Part shown: piece after piece, positions 41,196 to 50,932 of the stretch
Numbering within the stretch: position 1 is the stretch's first letter
Layout: each line of letters starts with the position of its first letter
Assembly (NCBI GenBank): GCA_965205505.1
Contig: CBDBHB010000009.1
Coordinates: forward strand, 1,120,001-1,184,000
Source: Acidobacteriota bacterium
GTDB taxonomy: Bacteria > Acidobacteriota > UBA890 > WLXD01
Length of the DNA: 64,000 nucleotides
Direction: 5' to 3'
Program-made: the position numbers and the translations under genes
Notes under the pieces: model-generated
Databases searched by the model: none
The model's input: only the letters and a program-made list of their open reading frames with translations
Told to the model about the DNA's origin: nothing

Positions 41196-42291
41196 TCAAT
41201 CTGGGCGACTGCCCGGTTCCAGACCCTTCTCCGCCGCGGCACGTTCCTGGGCGCGCGCACCGCTCAGCACGTTGAAGAGTGCGTAGTTCGCCTCGTGGCA
41301 CGCATATTCAGGACTCGTGTAGGTGGTGGCGTCGTGCACCGTGAACTGGTAGTTGATCGTCTGCTCGTCGGCTCGGGTGAAGCGCTATAGACCGGTTCGC
41401 CAAGCGCTTTGAACGGCACCTCCCCACTCCACGGCGGTTACCTTCATGCTCTCGGAGCCGCCGGGGTAGACCCACAGCTGCCCCGTTGATCTGCTTCGGG
41501 GGGAGATTGCTGGTCTCGACGACGAGCGTGTCGCCCTCCCACCAACCCCACGAGTCACCCATCCATGGGCGCATGTGCCCCGCGAGTGGGGTGCGTTCGC
41601 CCAGCCTGATGATCCGCACATCGTGCACCATCTCGGTCATGATCATCACGTGATCGGCGGTCTGCACGATGGTGTAGCTGTTGTTGTAGAAATAATTGGG
41701 AAGCATCGGTGGGCTGGCATTGGAGCCGAACGACTTGATGCAGCGTTCGCCGAGCGGCCGGTTCTCCGGGTTGTCGAAATCGCCGAACTCGGCTCGCCGC
41801 GCGGCAGCCTCCTCGCGCGTCTCCTGTGCGGCGCGCGTCAGCGGCGGAAACCGGCCGTCTGGGGGGTCCACCACCAATGAGCTTCGGGGCTCGCCGTTGA
41901 ACACGGCCACCCGATCGCCGGCATCGATGTAGAAGTAGTTGTAGCCTCCCACCCCGCCTGCGGCTCCTGTCGAGCCATCGCCACCTACCGGCGGCGCCTC
42001 GCGGTCAGGGTCGCTGGGCTCGGCGAGTGAATGGATCCGGCCCTGCCGACGCCCTTCGATCTCGGCGACCCGCTCTGCACCGAGCACCGGCCCCTGACCC
42101 TCGGGGCGCTGAATGGGGGTGATTGTCGCGTTGGTCCAGTTGCCCTGCAGATCCGGATGACCGTCGGGAGTCCGGGGCGTGACCCATGGCTTCGTGTCGC
42201 CGGACTGGGTCTGTGCCATGACGGGCAAGGCCAGCCCGACGAGGACCGCCCCACACCAAAGTGCTCTTCCGCACCCTGCCAGGATCCTCAT
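41196..42291 (-). pseudogene. Conserved exported hypothetical protein (PRTPDGHPDLQGNW...EYACHE family), frameshift plus internal 48-bp translocation
   Basis: GDSWGWWEGDTLVVET; G-run frameshift near 41481; displaced block 41387-41434. Confidence 0.8.
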
Positions 42292-43844
42292 CTCGTCTCC
42301 AACGACTGGTTCAGCGACTTGACCAGCGAGATGGCCATGCCGATGCCAATAAACAACACCGGGAACGACCCGATCAATACCCCCAGGCGAATGACCTGAA
42401 GACCGCCGACAAGCATCATGAAGATGGGCAGCACGCCGATGACCAGCGCCCAGAATAGGCGGTGCCCGCGTGTCGGGTTCTGGTTCGGCCCGAGCTCGGC
42501 GGTGACCGTTGCGGCGAGCGTATACGACGCCGAATCGTACGTTGTGGCCACCGACACGCTGCTGACCACAGCCAGCACGGCGAGCGCCAGGGCACCGTAC
42601 GGCAGCGACGCGACGATCTGCGCCGTGGCGACATTCATGCCGCTGTCCGCCAGTATCGCGCTCAGCGGGAGCATGTTCTCCAACTCCAGATACAGGGCGT
42701 AGTTGCCCATGACGAAGTAGAAGATCCAACAGCCCAGCGTACCGAAGAAGATCATCGATACGATCACCTGCCGTATGGTCCGCCCTCGCGAGATGCGAGT
42801 CACGAAGATCCCGATCACCGGGGCGAACGCGATCCACCAGGCCCAGTAGAAGATGGTCCAGGCCTCCACGAAGCCGGTCGACTCGACGGCGTCGGTCCAG
42901 GTCAACATGCGGACGAAGTTCTGAGCCATGAAGCCCACGGTGTCGGTAGCCGTCTTGAGGATGAAGAGCGTCGGTCCCACCAGAAGGATGTAGGCGAGGA
43001 ACAGCAACGCCAGTACGACGTTGAGGTCGCTGAGCCGCTTGATGCCCCGTTCGAGGCCCAGGTAGACGCTGATCCCGAACAGTCCGACGCAGAAGATCAC
43101 CACGCCGGCCTCGAGGGCGAACGATGACTCGACGCCGAAGAGCTCGGCGGTGACGGCGGCGATCATCGGAGCGATGAGCCCCAGCGAGGTGCCGGCACCG
43201 CCCAGAAGGCCCAGCATGGCGGCCAAGTTGACGGCGCGCCCGACGATGCTGCGATGACCCTCGGGTCCGAGCAAGGCGTGCCACGAAGTGCTCGCGCACA
43301 GATGCGGAACGCGCTGCACGTAGAACGGATAGGCGATGGCGATGGTCGCCAGGGCGTACAGGCTCCAGGCGGTCACGCCCCAGTGGAACGGGCCGTAGGC
43401 GGTGGCCCATTCGATGGCCTCGACGGAGCGGGGCTCAGCTCCGAACGGTGGGGCGTTGTAGTAGGTGATCCACTCCACGCCTCCCCAGACCAGCAGCGAA
43501 GCGCCGGTTCCGGCGCAAAACAACATGCCCGCCCATGAGAATGTGGAGAAATCCGGCCGCTCATCGGCTCCGCCCAGCCGCACGTGAGCGAAGCGGCCAG
43601 TCGCCAGCCAGATCATGAACAGGATCGTGCCGATGGCGCACCACTGGTAGAGGAACCCGAAGTTGTGCGTGATGCCGTCGTACAAATCGGAAACGAATGC
43701 CGCGGCGCGCTCCGGCATGAGGCCCAGCGGAACGCAGGCGGCGGCAATCACGACGATGACCACGGTGAACATCACGCGATCGATTGCCCGGCCTCCGGCC
43801 CGTTCGCTGCGCATCACTGGCTGTTCGATTTCCGGGACCTCCAT
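42288..43844 (-). CDS. BCCT family (betaine/carnitine/choline) transporter
   Basis: SWAGMLFCAG, FHWG, WTIFYWAWW, RISRGRTIR. Confidence 0.93.
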   Translation of the reverse strand: MEVPEIEQPVMRSERAGGRAIDRVMFTVVIVVIAAACVPLGLMPERAAAFVSDLYDGITHNFGFLYQWCAIGTILFMIWLATGRFAHVRLGGADERPDFSTFSWAGMLFCAGTGASLLVWGGVEWITYYNAPPFGAEPRSVEAIEWATAYGPFHWGVTAWSLYALATIAIAYPFYVQRVPHLCASTSWHALLGPEGHRSIVGRAVNLAAMLGLLGGAGTSLGLIAPMIAAVTAELFGVESSFALEAGVVIFCVGLFGISVYLGLERGIKRLSDLNVVLALLFLAYILLVGPTLFILKTATDTVGFMAQNFVRMLTWTDAVESTGFVEAWTIFYWAWWIAFAPVIGIFVTRISRGRTIRQVIVSMIFFGTLGCWIFYFVMGNYALYLELENMLPLSAILADSGMNVATAQIVASLPYGALALAVLAVVSSVSVATTYDSASYTLAATVTAELGPNQNPTRGHRLFWALVIGVLPIFMMLVGGLQVIRLGVLIGSFPVLFIGIGMAISLVKSLNQSLETR

Positions 43845-43937
43845 TGATGCCGTAGCCTCGCTGCTAAGGCATCGTCTTCCTCACCCTTCCTTGATCTCGC
43901 CCGCATCTCGCTCCTGCAAACGTCACCGTACTTATGA

Positions 43938-43965
43938 TCAGGAGCACTAGTTGTGCATCCTGAAC
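43938..43965. promoter_or_regulatory. Imperfect palindrome in the divergent BCCT/catabolic intergenic region (candidate operator)
   Basis: TCAGGA-GCAC-TAGTT-GTGC-A-TCCTGA. Confidence 0.4.
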
Positions 43966-44063
43966 ACTCGTACATCAAGTGACGGCGAGGGCCCCCACGC
44001 ATAAGATGAGGGGCCGCGCCGGGCGAGGGGACCGGTGCAGGTCTAGGCCGAGGAGGCTGGCGA

Positions 44064-44480
44064 GTGAGCACTGCGCGACAGGTGGTCGGGGGCACCGTCA
44101 GCATCGGCGGCCGCAAGCTGTCGGTCTCGACGGCGATTCGCGCCGGGGATTTCGTCTTCCTGGCCGGGCAGATCCCGATCCGCGACGGCGAAGTGGTTAC
44201 GGATGGCTCGATCGAAGATCAGACGAGGATCGTGCTCGAGCTGATCAAGAGCACGTTGGCGGAGGCCGGATGCGTTCTCGCGGACGTGGTGAAGTCGATG
44301 GTCTGGATGCGCGACCGAGCTGACTTCGCTGGGTTCAACGCCGTTTACGGTGAGTATTTCCCGGCAGAGCCGCCGGCCCGATCGGCAGTTGTCTGTGATC
44401 TGCTGGTCGATGTTCGGGTGGAGGTCGAGGTCGTCGCCTATCGGCCGATGCGTACGCGGCAGGAACCGGCTGAAGCATGA
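44064..44480 (+). CDS. RidA family protein
   Basis: FLAGQIP, FNAVYGEYF, PARS, VEVEVVA. Confidence 0.9.
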   Translation: MSTARQVVGGTVSIGGRKLSVSTAIRAGDFVFLAGQIPIRDGEVVTDGSIEDQTRIVLELIKSTLAEAGCVLADVVKSMVWMRDRADFAGFNAVYGEYFPAEPPARSAVVCDLLVDVRVEVEVVAYRPMRTRQEPAEA

Positions 44481-45469
44481 CCGCGGCTAGTCCGGGCGGC
44501 ATGGCGGTGACAACGCCCACAGCACCCGCGGTCTCGGCCGTCGGGATCGTCGGTACCGGCGTGATCGGCGGCGGCTGGGCGCTGCACTTTCTCGCCCGGG
44601 GATTGGACGTAATTGCCTTCGACCCGCATCCGGAAGCTCGTGCGCGTCTCGACCGTCTGACCGAGACTGCCTGGCCGGCGCTCGAGAAGCTCGGTCTCGA
44701 GCCGGGCGCCTCGTTGCGGCGACTCAGGTTCGTCGACACCCTCGAGGCCGCGGTCGCAGACGTCGATGTGGTACAGGAGAGCACCCCGGAGATCCTCGAA
44801 TCGAAGATCGAGGTGTTCCGTCGCATGGACGCTGCCGCTGCGCCCGAGACGCTGCTGCTGTCGAGCACGTCCGGCCTCGCCATGTCCGAGATGCAGGTTG
44901 CCTGTGAGCACCCCGAGCGTACCGTTGTCGGCCACCCGTTCAATCCGCCGTACCTGATTCCTCTGGTGGAGGTGGTCGGCGGACGGCTAACCAGCACCGC
45001 GGCGGTCGACCGCGCGGCCGACTTCTACTCGGCGGTCGGCAAGCGCGTCGTGAAGCTCCGGAAAGAGCTGCCGGGCTTCATCGCCGCCAGGCTGCAGGAG
45101 GCGATGTGGCGGGAGATGCTCCACATGGTCGCCAACGACGAGGCCACGGTGCAGGAGATCGACGAAGCCATCATCGCCGGCCCAGGACTGCGCTGGGCGA
45201 TCATGGGACCGGGGATGGCGTTCCACGTTGCCGGTGGCGAGGGTGGAATGGCGCACGTGCTCGATCAGTTCGGTCCTGCCCTGAAATGGCCGTGGACGCG
45301 GCTCGAAGCACCGGAGCTGACCGACGATCTGCGCCGCCGCATGATCGACGGTTGTAACGAGGAGGCCAACGGTCGTAGCATCGCGGAGCTGATCCGGGAG
45401 CGCGACGACAGCCTGATCGAGATCATCAGGGCACTCGATCGGCGCAACTCGGAGGGCACTGATGAGTGA
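44477..45469 (+). CDS. L-carnitine 3-dehydrogenase-like (3-hydroxyacyl-CoA dehydrogenase family)
   Basis: [48 protein letters not shown]; next to BCCT and BKACE genes. Confidence 0.85.
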   Translation: MTAASPGGMAVTTPTAPAVSAVGIVGTGVIGGGWALHFLARGLDVIAFDPHPEARARLDRLTETAWPALEKLGLEPGASLRRLRFVDTLEAAVADVDVVQESTPEILESKIEVFRRMDAAAAPETLLLSSTSGLAMSEMQVACEHPERTVVGHPFNPPYLIPLVEVVGGRLTSTAAVDRAADFYSAVGKRVVKLRKELPGFIAARLQEAMWREMLHMVANDEATVQEIDEAIIAGPGLRWAIMGPGMAFHVAGGEGGMAHVLDQFGPALKWPWTRLEAPELTDDLRRRMIDGCNEEANGRSIAELIRERDDSLIEIIRALDRRNSEGTDE

Positions 45470-45620
45470 GGCCGTTGCCGTCGTGAGACGAGGCGGCGTG
45501 CTGGAGGTCACCCTCGATAGGCCACCGGTCAACGCCATCGATATACCCACCAGCGTTGCTCTCGGCGAGGCGTTCGCGCGACGCGCTGGTTCGAATGTCT
45601 CTGCAGGAGCCGGAGGGTGA
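45462..45620 (+). pseudogene. Truncated enoyl-CoA hydratase (CaiD-like) N-terminus
   Basis: [26 protein letters not shown], then abrupt loss of homology and a stop. Confidence 0.7.
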
Positions 45621-45629
45621 GGCAACATC

Positions 45630-46514
45630 ATGAGTAGTGGCGTGATCGTCACCTGTGCCGTAACGGGTTCCGGCGACACGGTCGGCAAGAACCCGGCTGT
45701 GCCCGTCACGCCGGAGCAGATTGCCGATGCCTGCATGCAGGCGGCGAGCGCCGGCGCCGCCGTGGTGCACGTTCACGTGCGGGATCCCGAGACCGGCAAG
45801 GGATGCCGCGATACCGATCTGTTCCGCGAGGTCGTGGAGCTGGTGCGGGGCCGCGACCGCGACGTGATTATCAACTTGACCTCGGGGATGGGTGGCGACT
45901 TCGTTCCCGGGGAGGACGACCCGGCGGTGGCCGGGCCCGGGACCGACCTCGTGGGCCCGCTCGAGCGACTCGCCCACATCGAGGAGCTGCGTCCGGAGAT
46001 CTGTAGCCTCGACTGTGGCAGCATGAACTTCGGCCTCGGCCACGAGGTGTATATCAACACCACGGCCAGCCTCGAGATCATGGCGGGGCGCTGCCAGAAG
46101 ATCGGCGTCAAACCGGAGCTCGAGGTCTTCGATCTCGGCCAGATCCGCTGCGCCAAGTACCTGCAAGACCAGGGACTGGTGGATGATCCTCCCGTGTTCC
46201 AGATCTGTCTCGGCCTGGCCTGGGGCGCCGGCGCAGACGCCGAGTCGATGCTGGCGCTGCGCAACGAGTTACCGGAAGGCGCCAAGTGGTTCGCGTTCGG
46301 TGTCGGGCGTCAGCAGATGCCGATGGCTGCCCAGGCGATTCTGCTCGGCGGCCATGTGCGCGTCGGCCTCGAAGACAACCTCTACCTGAGCCGCGGTGTG
46401 CTGGCCAGCAACGGCGAGCTGGTCGAAAAAGCGGTGCGGATCATCGAGGAGCTCGGCGGAGAAGTGCTCGGTCCCGACGCGGCGCGCAAGGAGCTCGGAC
46501 TGGGCCCCGCCTGA
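45630..46514 (+). CDS. Beta-keto acid cleavage enzyme (DUF849; dehydrocarnitine cleavage enzyme-like)
   Basis: [36 protein letters not shown]. Confidence 0.9.
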   Translation: MSSGVIVTCAVTGSGDTVGKNPAVPVTPEQIADACMQAASAGAAVVHVHVRDPETGKGCRDTDLFREVVELVRGRDRDVIINLTSGMGGDFVPGEDDPAVAGPGTDLVGPLERLAHIEELRPEICSLDCGSMNFGLGHEVYINTTASLEIMAGRCQKIGVKPELEVFDLGQIRCAKYLQDQGLVDDPPVFQICLGLAWGAGADAESMLALRNELPEGAKWFAFGVGRQQMPMAAQAILLGGHVRVGLEDNLYLSRGVLASNGELVEKAVRIIEELGGEVLGPDAARKELGLGPA

Positions 46515-46529
46515 GACCGGAGACCGGGC

Positions 46530-47882
46530 CTACGATGCCCGCGGCGGTGTGAGCGCGCCGCCAGCATCGAGGCCCCGCACCCACTGCAAGAAGCCGTTGG
46601 CGTCGATCTCGTGGCCGCCCGAGGCGGCAAGCTGCCGGAACTTGGTCTCGAGCTCGCCCTCAGACAGAGGGTTCTCCGGATCTCCCTTCGGCGAGCTCAC
46701 GTGTCGATCCCACGAGCCGCCCGCCGTCGATCGCAACCGCAACCGCACCGGCCATTCGCGCGGATACAGAGTCTCGAACTCTGGCTCTGCAACCACCGAG
46801 ACGTTCGGCAACAACGCTCTCACGGTGGGGTCGGCAATCGAGTCGGGGCTGAAATCCGCCGGGGATACGTGTCCCCACGTCAACGCCGCGGCGATGCAGT
46901 ACTGCAAGCTGAACTTTGCCGCGTAGGGATCTGCTGGCTCCGGGTTGTCGCACAGATCGACAGCAGCCTGGTAGGTGCCGATCTCAATGACGTCGAGCTG
47001 TTGTCCAGAGATCTCGGGACGGAGGTCGAGCGCCGCATCGATGCCGGCGTGCGTGTGGCGGCAGCTGGAGTGCGGCTTGATCGACACACCTTCGATTCGG
47101 GGATGGTCGGCCCAGCTGTCGAGGCCTTCGATCACGCGCTCCGGCTCGGCGTCTGGAGCCGTGGCTGCGAAGAAGCCTCGCTCCCCTTCGAGAATCCGTC
47201 TCGCGCCAGTAAACCCCCGGCCGCCAAGCTCCGCCGCCACCAGTCCGGCAGCCGCCGCGCGGCCGGCGTGCAGATGCTTGCTCATGGCGCCGTCGGCATT
47301 GAATTCCCAGAGGCCACAGGCCTGCGTGCCGGCGTTACCGAACGCCCAGACCATCTGATCTGCGTCCAGACCCAACAGCCACCCGGCCGCGGCTGCCGCG
47401 CCGAACACGCCGCATGTTGCGGTGTTGTGAAAGTATCGATAGTGGCGCTTGCCCACCGCCTCGCCGATTCGGATCGCCACCTCGTAGCCGGCGACGACGG
47501 CGGCCAGGAATTCGCCACCGCTGGCGTCGGCTATCTCGGCCGCGGCAAGCGCCGCCGGAATCACCACGGCTCCGGGGTGAAGCACCGAGGCGCGGTGAAG
47601 GTCGTCCATCTCGACGATGTGCGACAGCCCGCCGTTCACGAAGGCCGCCACCTCCGGGGAGCGCCGGAGCCCCGTTCCCAGAACGCTTGCCGCGGCCTCG
47701 GGCCGCTGTCTGGCGTGCTCGACCAGCATGCCGCCAGCTTCGGTCGCAGCGCCCGCCAGCACCGAGCCCAGCCAATCGATCACGTACGTCGGTGCGATGG
47801 CGACCGAAGGGGAGGGGAGTCGGCGCTCCCTAGTGGTCACAAGCTGCTGCGCCAGCTGCTCGGTGAGGGAGGCTGCGCTCAT
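46530..47882 (-). CDS. MmgE/PrpD family protein
   Basis: EMDDLH, HPG, GYEV, SKHLHAG, KPHSSCRHTH, AKFS, KGDPENP. Confidence 0.92.
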   Translation of the reverse strand: MSAASLTEQLAQQLVTTRERRLPSPSVAIAPTYVIDWLGSVLAGAATEAGGMLVEHARQRPEAAASVLGTGLRRSPEVAAFVNGGLSHIVEMDDLHRASVLHPGAVVIPAALAAAEIADASGGEFLAAVVAGYEVAIRIGEAVGKRHYRYFHNTATCGVFGAAAAAGWLLGLDADQMVWAFGNAGTQACGLWEFNADGAMSKHLHAGRAAAAGLVAAELGGRGFTGARRILEGERGFFAATAPDAEPERVIEGLDSWADHPRIEGVSIKPHSSCRHTHAGIDAALDLRPEISGQQLDVIEIGTYQAAVDLCDNPEPADPYAAKFSLQYCIAAALTWGHVSPADFSPDSIADPTVRALLPNVSVVAEPEFETLYPREWPVRLRLRSTAGGSWDRHVSSPKGDPENPLSEGELETKFRQLAASGGHEIDANGFLQWVRGLDAGGALTPPRAS

Positions 47883-47973
47883 CGTCCCTTCGTTCCACGT
47901 TTCCGGTGGTCGAGAGTCTGGTAGATTAGCATCGCCGCGCGGACTGGACCGAGGGCGGCCTCTACCCCGACCG

Positions 47974-49137
47974 ATGGCACAACGGCTCAGTTCCGAACAA
48001 GAGCAGATCCGCCAAGCGGTTCGCGAGCTCTGCAGCGACTACCCCGATGAGTACTGGCGTCAGGTCGACGCCGAGCTCAGGTACCCGGAGGAGTTCGTCG
48101 ATGCGCTCACCCAGGGCGGTTGGCTGGCGGCGCTGATTCCCGAGGAGTATGGCGGCTCTGGCCTGGGAGTGCTCGAGGCCAGCATTATCCTCGAGGAGAC
48201 GAACCGCTCCGGGGGCAACGCTGCTGCCTGTCACGCCCAGATGTACATCATGGGCACGCTGCTGCGCCACGGATCAGAGGCTCAGAAGGCCAAGTGCCTG
48301 CCCGACATCGCCAGCGGTACCCTCCGCTTGCAGGCCTTCGGCGTAACCGAGCCGACGACGGGCTCCGACACGACGCAGCTCAAGACCACCGCCGTGCGCC
48401 AGGGTGATCGTTATGTGGTGAACGGGCAGAAGGTCTTCATCTCGCGGGTCGAGCACTCGGACCTCATGCTGTTGCTCGTGCGAACCACTCCGGCCACAGA
48501 AGTGACCAAGCGCACCGACGGGCTGTCGGTACTGCTCGTCGACCTCAGGGAAGCGATCGGTAAGGGAATCACGGTTCGACCGCTGCGCACGATGATGAAC
48601 CATCAGACGACCGAGCTGTTCATCGATGACCTGGAAGTGCCGCTGGATGCGCTTGTCGGCGAGGAGGACAGGGGATTTCGCTACATCCTCGACGGCTGGA
48701 ACGCCGAGCGCATCCTGATCGCCGCGGAGTGCATCGGAGATGCTCGCTGGTTCGTCGAGCGCTCGTGCCAGTACGCCAGCGAGCGCGTCGTGTTCGGCCG
48801 CCCCATCGGACAAAACCAGGGGATCCAGTTTCCTCTGGCCCGCGTCTACGCCGATCTCGAGGCCGCCGACCTGATGCGCTATCGCGCCGCCGAGCTGTTC
48901 GACTGCGGCGAGTCCTGTGGAGCCGAGGCCAACATGGCGAAGTTGCTGGCCGCCGACGCTTCCGCCGAGGCCGGCCGGGTCGCCCTACAGACGCATGGTG
49001 GCTTCGGGTTCGCCGAGGAGTTCGACGTCGAGCGCAAGTATCGGGAGACGCTGCTGTATCAGGTGGCCCCGGTATCGACGAACCTCATCCTCGCGTACAT
49101 CGGCGAGCACGTTCTCGGGCTGCCGAGGTCGTACTAG
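47974..49137 (+). CDS. Acyl-CoA dehydrogenase
   Basis: FGVTEPTTGSD, NGQKVFIS, NAERILIA, THGGFG, LGLPRSY. Confidence 0.93.
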   Translation: MAQRLSSEQEQIRQAVRELCSDYPDEYWRQVDAELRYPEEFVDALTQGGWLAALIPEEYGGSGLGVLEASIILEETNRSGGNAAACHAQMYIMGTLLRHGSEAQKAKCLPDIASGTLRLQAFGVTEPTTGSDTTQLKTTAVRQGDRYVVNGQKVFISRVEHSDLMLLLVRTTPATEVTKRTDGLSVLLVDLREAIGKGITVRPLRTMMNHQTTELFIDDLEVPLDALVGEEDRGFRYILDGWNAERILIAAECIGDARWFVERSCQYASERVVFGRPIGQNQGIQFPLARVYADLEAADLMRYRAAELFDCGESCGAEANMAKLLAADASAEAGRVALQTHGGFGFAEEFDVERKYRETLLYQVAPVSTNLILAYIGEHVLGLPRSY

Positions 49138-49177
49138 TGTCCTGTGACGGAGGTTCGTTGCATATTGCTGGGTCGAG

Positions 49178-50377
49178 ATGGGGACACTAGTGTCCGGCAC
49201 AAGACCGCTCGAGGGAATCACCGTGGTTGCGGTCGAGCAGGCCGTCGCCGCGCCGTTTGCCAGCCGTCACCTGGCCGACCTCGGAGCGCGGATCATCAAA
49301 ATCGAGCGACCGGGGCGCGGCGACTTCGCGCGCTCGTATGATACGGCTGTCGACGGGCTCTCCAGTCATTTCGTCTGGCTGAACCGCTCGAAAGAGTCAC
49401 TGGCGCTCGATCTCAAGAGCGCCGGCTCGCGCCCGGTGTTGGAGCGCTTGCTCGAGAAGGCCGATGTGTTCCTGCACAACCTTGGACCCGGCGCCGCCGA
49501 ACGGCTCGGGCTCGAGGCGCCGGCGCTGCGCGGTCGCTACCCGCAGATAATCGTGTGCACCATTTCGGGCTACGGCTCGGGCGGCCCCTACGCCGATCGC
49601 AAAGCCTACGACCTGTTGGTGCAGGCCGAGAGCGGCCTGATGTCGATCACCGGTTCGGAGCAGACACCGAGCAAGGTAGGGATCCCGGTTGCCGACATCG
49701 CCGCAGGCATGTATGCGTACTCCGGCGTGCTCGCCGCGTTGATTGCCCGTGGCCGCACGGGTGAAGGGGCGGCACTCGAGGTCTCGCTGCTCGACGCGCT
49801 CGCCGAATGGATGGGGTTCCCGCTCTACTACACGGCCTACTCTGGATCGCCGCCGCGGCGCAGCGGCCCGCGGCACGCGGCGATCGCCCCCTACGGCCCG
49901 TTCCGATGCGGCGATGGCAAGGCGGTGTTTCTGGCGGTTCAGAACGAGCGTGAGTGGTCACGCTTCTGCGAGCGCGTGCTGGGCGATACGCAGCTCGCCG
50001 CCGACCGGCGATACGCCAGCGGTCCGCAACGGGTCGCCAACGTCGAAGCGCTTACCGAGTTCATCGAGGGCGTGTTCCAGGCGCGTACCGCCCAGGACGT
50101 CCAGCATGCTCTCGAGGCCGCCGGCATGGCGCACGCCAGGATGAACAGCGTCGAAGAGTTTCTCGCCCACCCGCAACTCGAGTCGCGGGACCGCTGGCGC
50201 GAGGTCGACTCGGCTGCCGGGAAGCTGCGCGCGCTGCTGCCGCCGGTGACGACCAGCGCCTACGAGCCAGCTCTGGGGCCGATCCCGGAGGTGGGTGAGC
50301 ATTCCGAGTCTATCCTCGAAGAGCTCGGCTTCGATGCTTCGGAGATCACCGAGATGCGAGAAGCGCGGGTAATCTGA
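49178..50377 (+). CDS. CaiB/BaiF (family III) CoA transferase
   Basis: EQAVAAP, LADLGARIIKIE, LNRSKES, AYDLLVQAE. Confidence 0.93.
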   Translation: MGTLVSGTRPLEGITVVAVEQAVAAPFASRHLADLGARIIKIERPGRGDFARSYDTAVDGLSSHFVWLNRSKESLALDLKSAGSRPVLERLLEKADVFLHNLGPGAAERLGLEAPALRGRYPQIIVCTISGYGSGGPYADRKAYDLLVQAESGLMSITGSEQTPSKVGIPVADIAAGMYAYSGVLAALIARGRTGEGAALEVSLLDALAEWMGFPLYYTAYSGSPPRRSGPRHAAIAPYGPFRCGDGKAVFLAVQNEREWSRFCERVLGDTQLAADRRYASGPQRVANVEALTEFIEGVFQARTAQDVQHALEAAGMAHARMNSVEEFLAHPQLESRDRWREVDSAAGKLRALLPPVTTSAYEPALGPIPEVGEHSESILEELGFDASEITEMREARVI

Positions 50378-50409
50378 ATCCCTGGAAACAACCGTCAGGA
50401 GTCGACCAC

Positions 50410-50910
50410 ATGGCGATCAAGCGAGGCTGGCAGGGAAGGGTCTACGAAGACTTCCAGGTGGGCGACGTCTACCCGCATCCGCTCGGTCGAACGATCACCA
50501 CCGCCGACAACATTTGGTTCACCATGATGACTCAGAACACCAACCCCATTCATTTCGATCATGAGTACGCCAAGCGCACCGAGTTCGGTCGCCCGCTCGT
50601 CAATTCGACGTTCACGCTGGCGCTGGTGACCGGTCAGTCGGTGACCGATATCTCCCAGAACGTCATGGCCAACCTCGGCTGGGACAAAGTGCGGCTGCCG
50701 CACCCGGTTTTCGAGGACGACACCATCTACTCGCGCACCGAGGTGCTGGAGACACGCGAGAGTAAGTCGCGATCCAATGTCGGCATCGTGCGTGTGAAGA
50801 CCACCGGCTTCAACCAAGACAACGTCACCGTGATCGAGTTCGAGCGAACGATCATGGTGTACAAGCGCGGGCACGTGCCGTCCACGCCGCGCGATCTGGC
50901 CGAGGGCTAG
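50410..50910 (+). CDS. MaoC family dehydratase
   Basis: YEDFQVG, RTITTADN, NPIHFD, PVFEDDTI. Confidence 0.9.
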   Translation: MAIKRGWQGRVYEDFQVGDVYPHPLGRTITTADNIWFTMMTQNTNPIHFDHEYAKRTEFGRPLVNSTFTLALVTGQSVTDISQNVMANLGWDKVRLPHPVFEDDTIYSRTEVLETRESKSRSNVGIVRVKTTGFNQDNVTVIEFERTIMVYKRGHVPSTPRDLAEG

Positions 50911-50932
50911 CCAACCCTCCGAGCGTCGGAGC

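Noticed and set aside
41308-43410. 700-aa ORF overlapping the BCCT gene
   Set aside because: Its first 370 or so codons are an off-frame shadow of the BCCT gene; the real gene starts at 42291.
46611-47924. Long antisense ORFs (this one, and for example 27434-28414 and 53186-54364)
   Set aside because: Typical high-GC shadow frames opposite well-supported genes, with no recognisable motifs.
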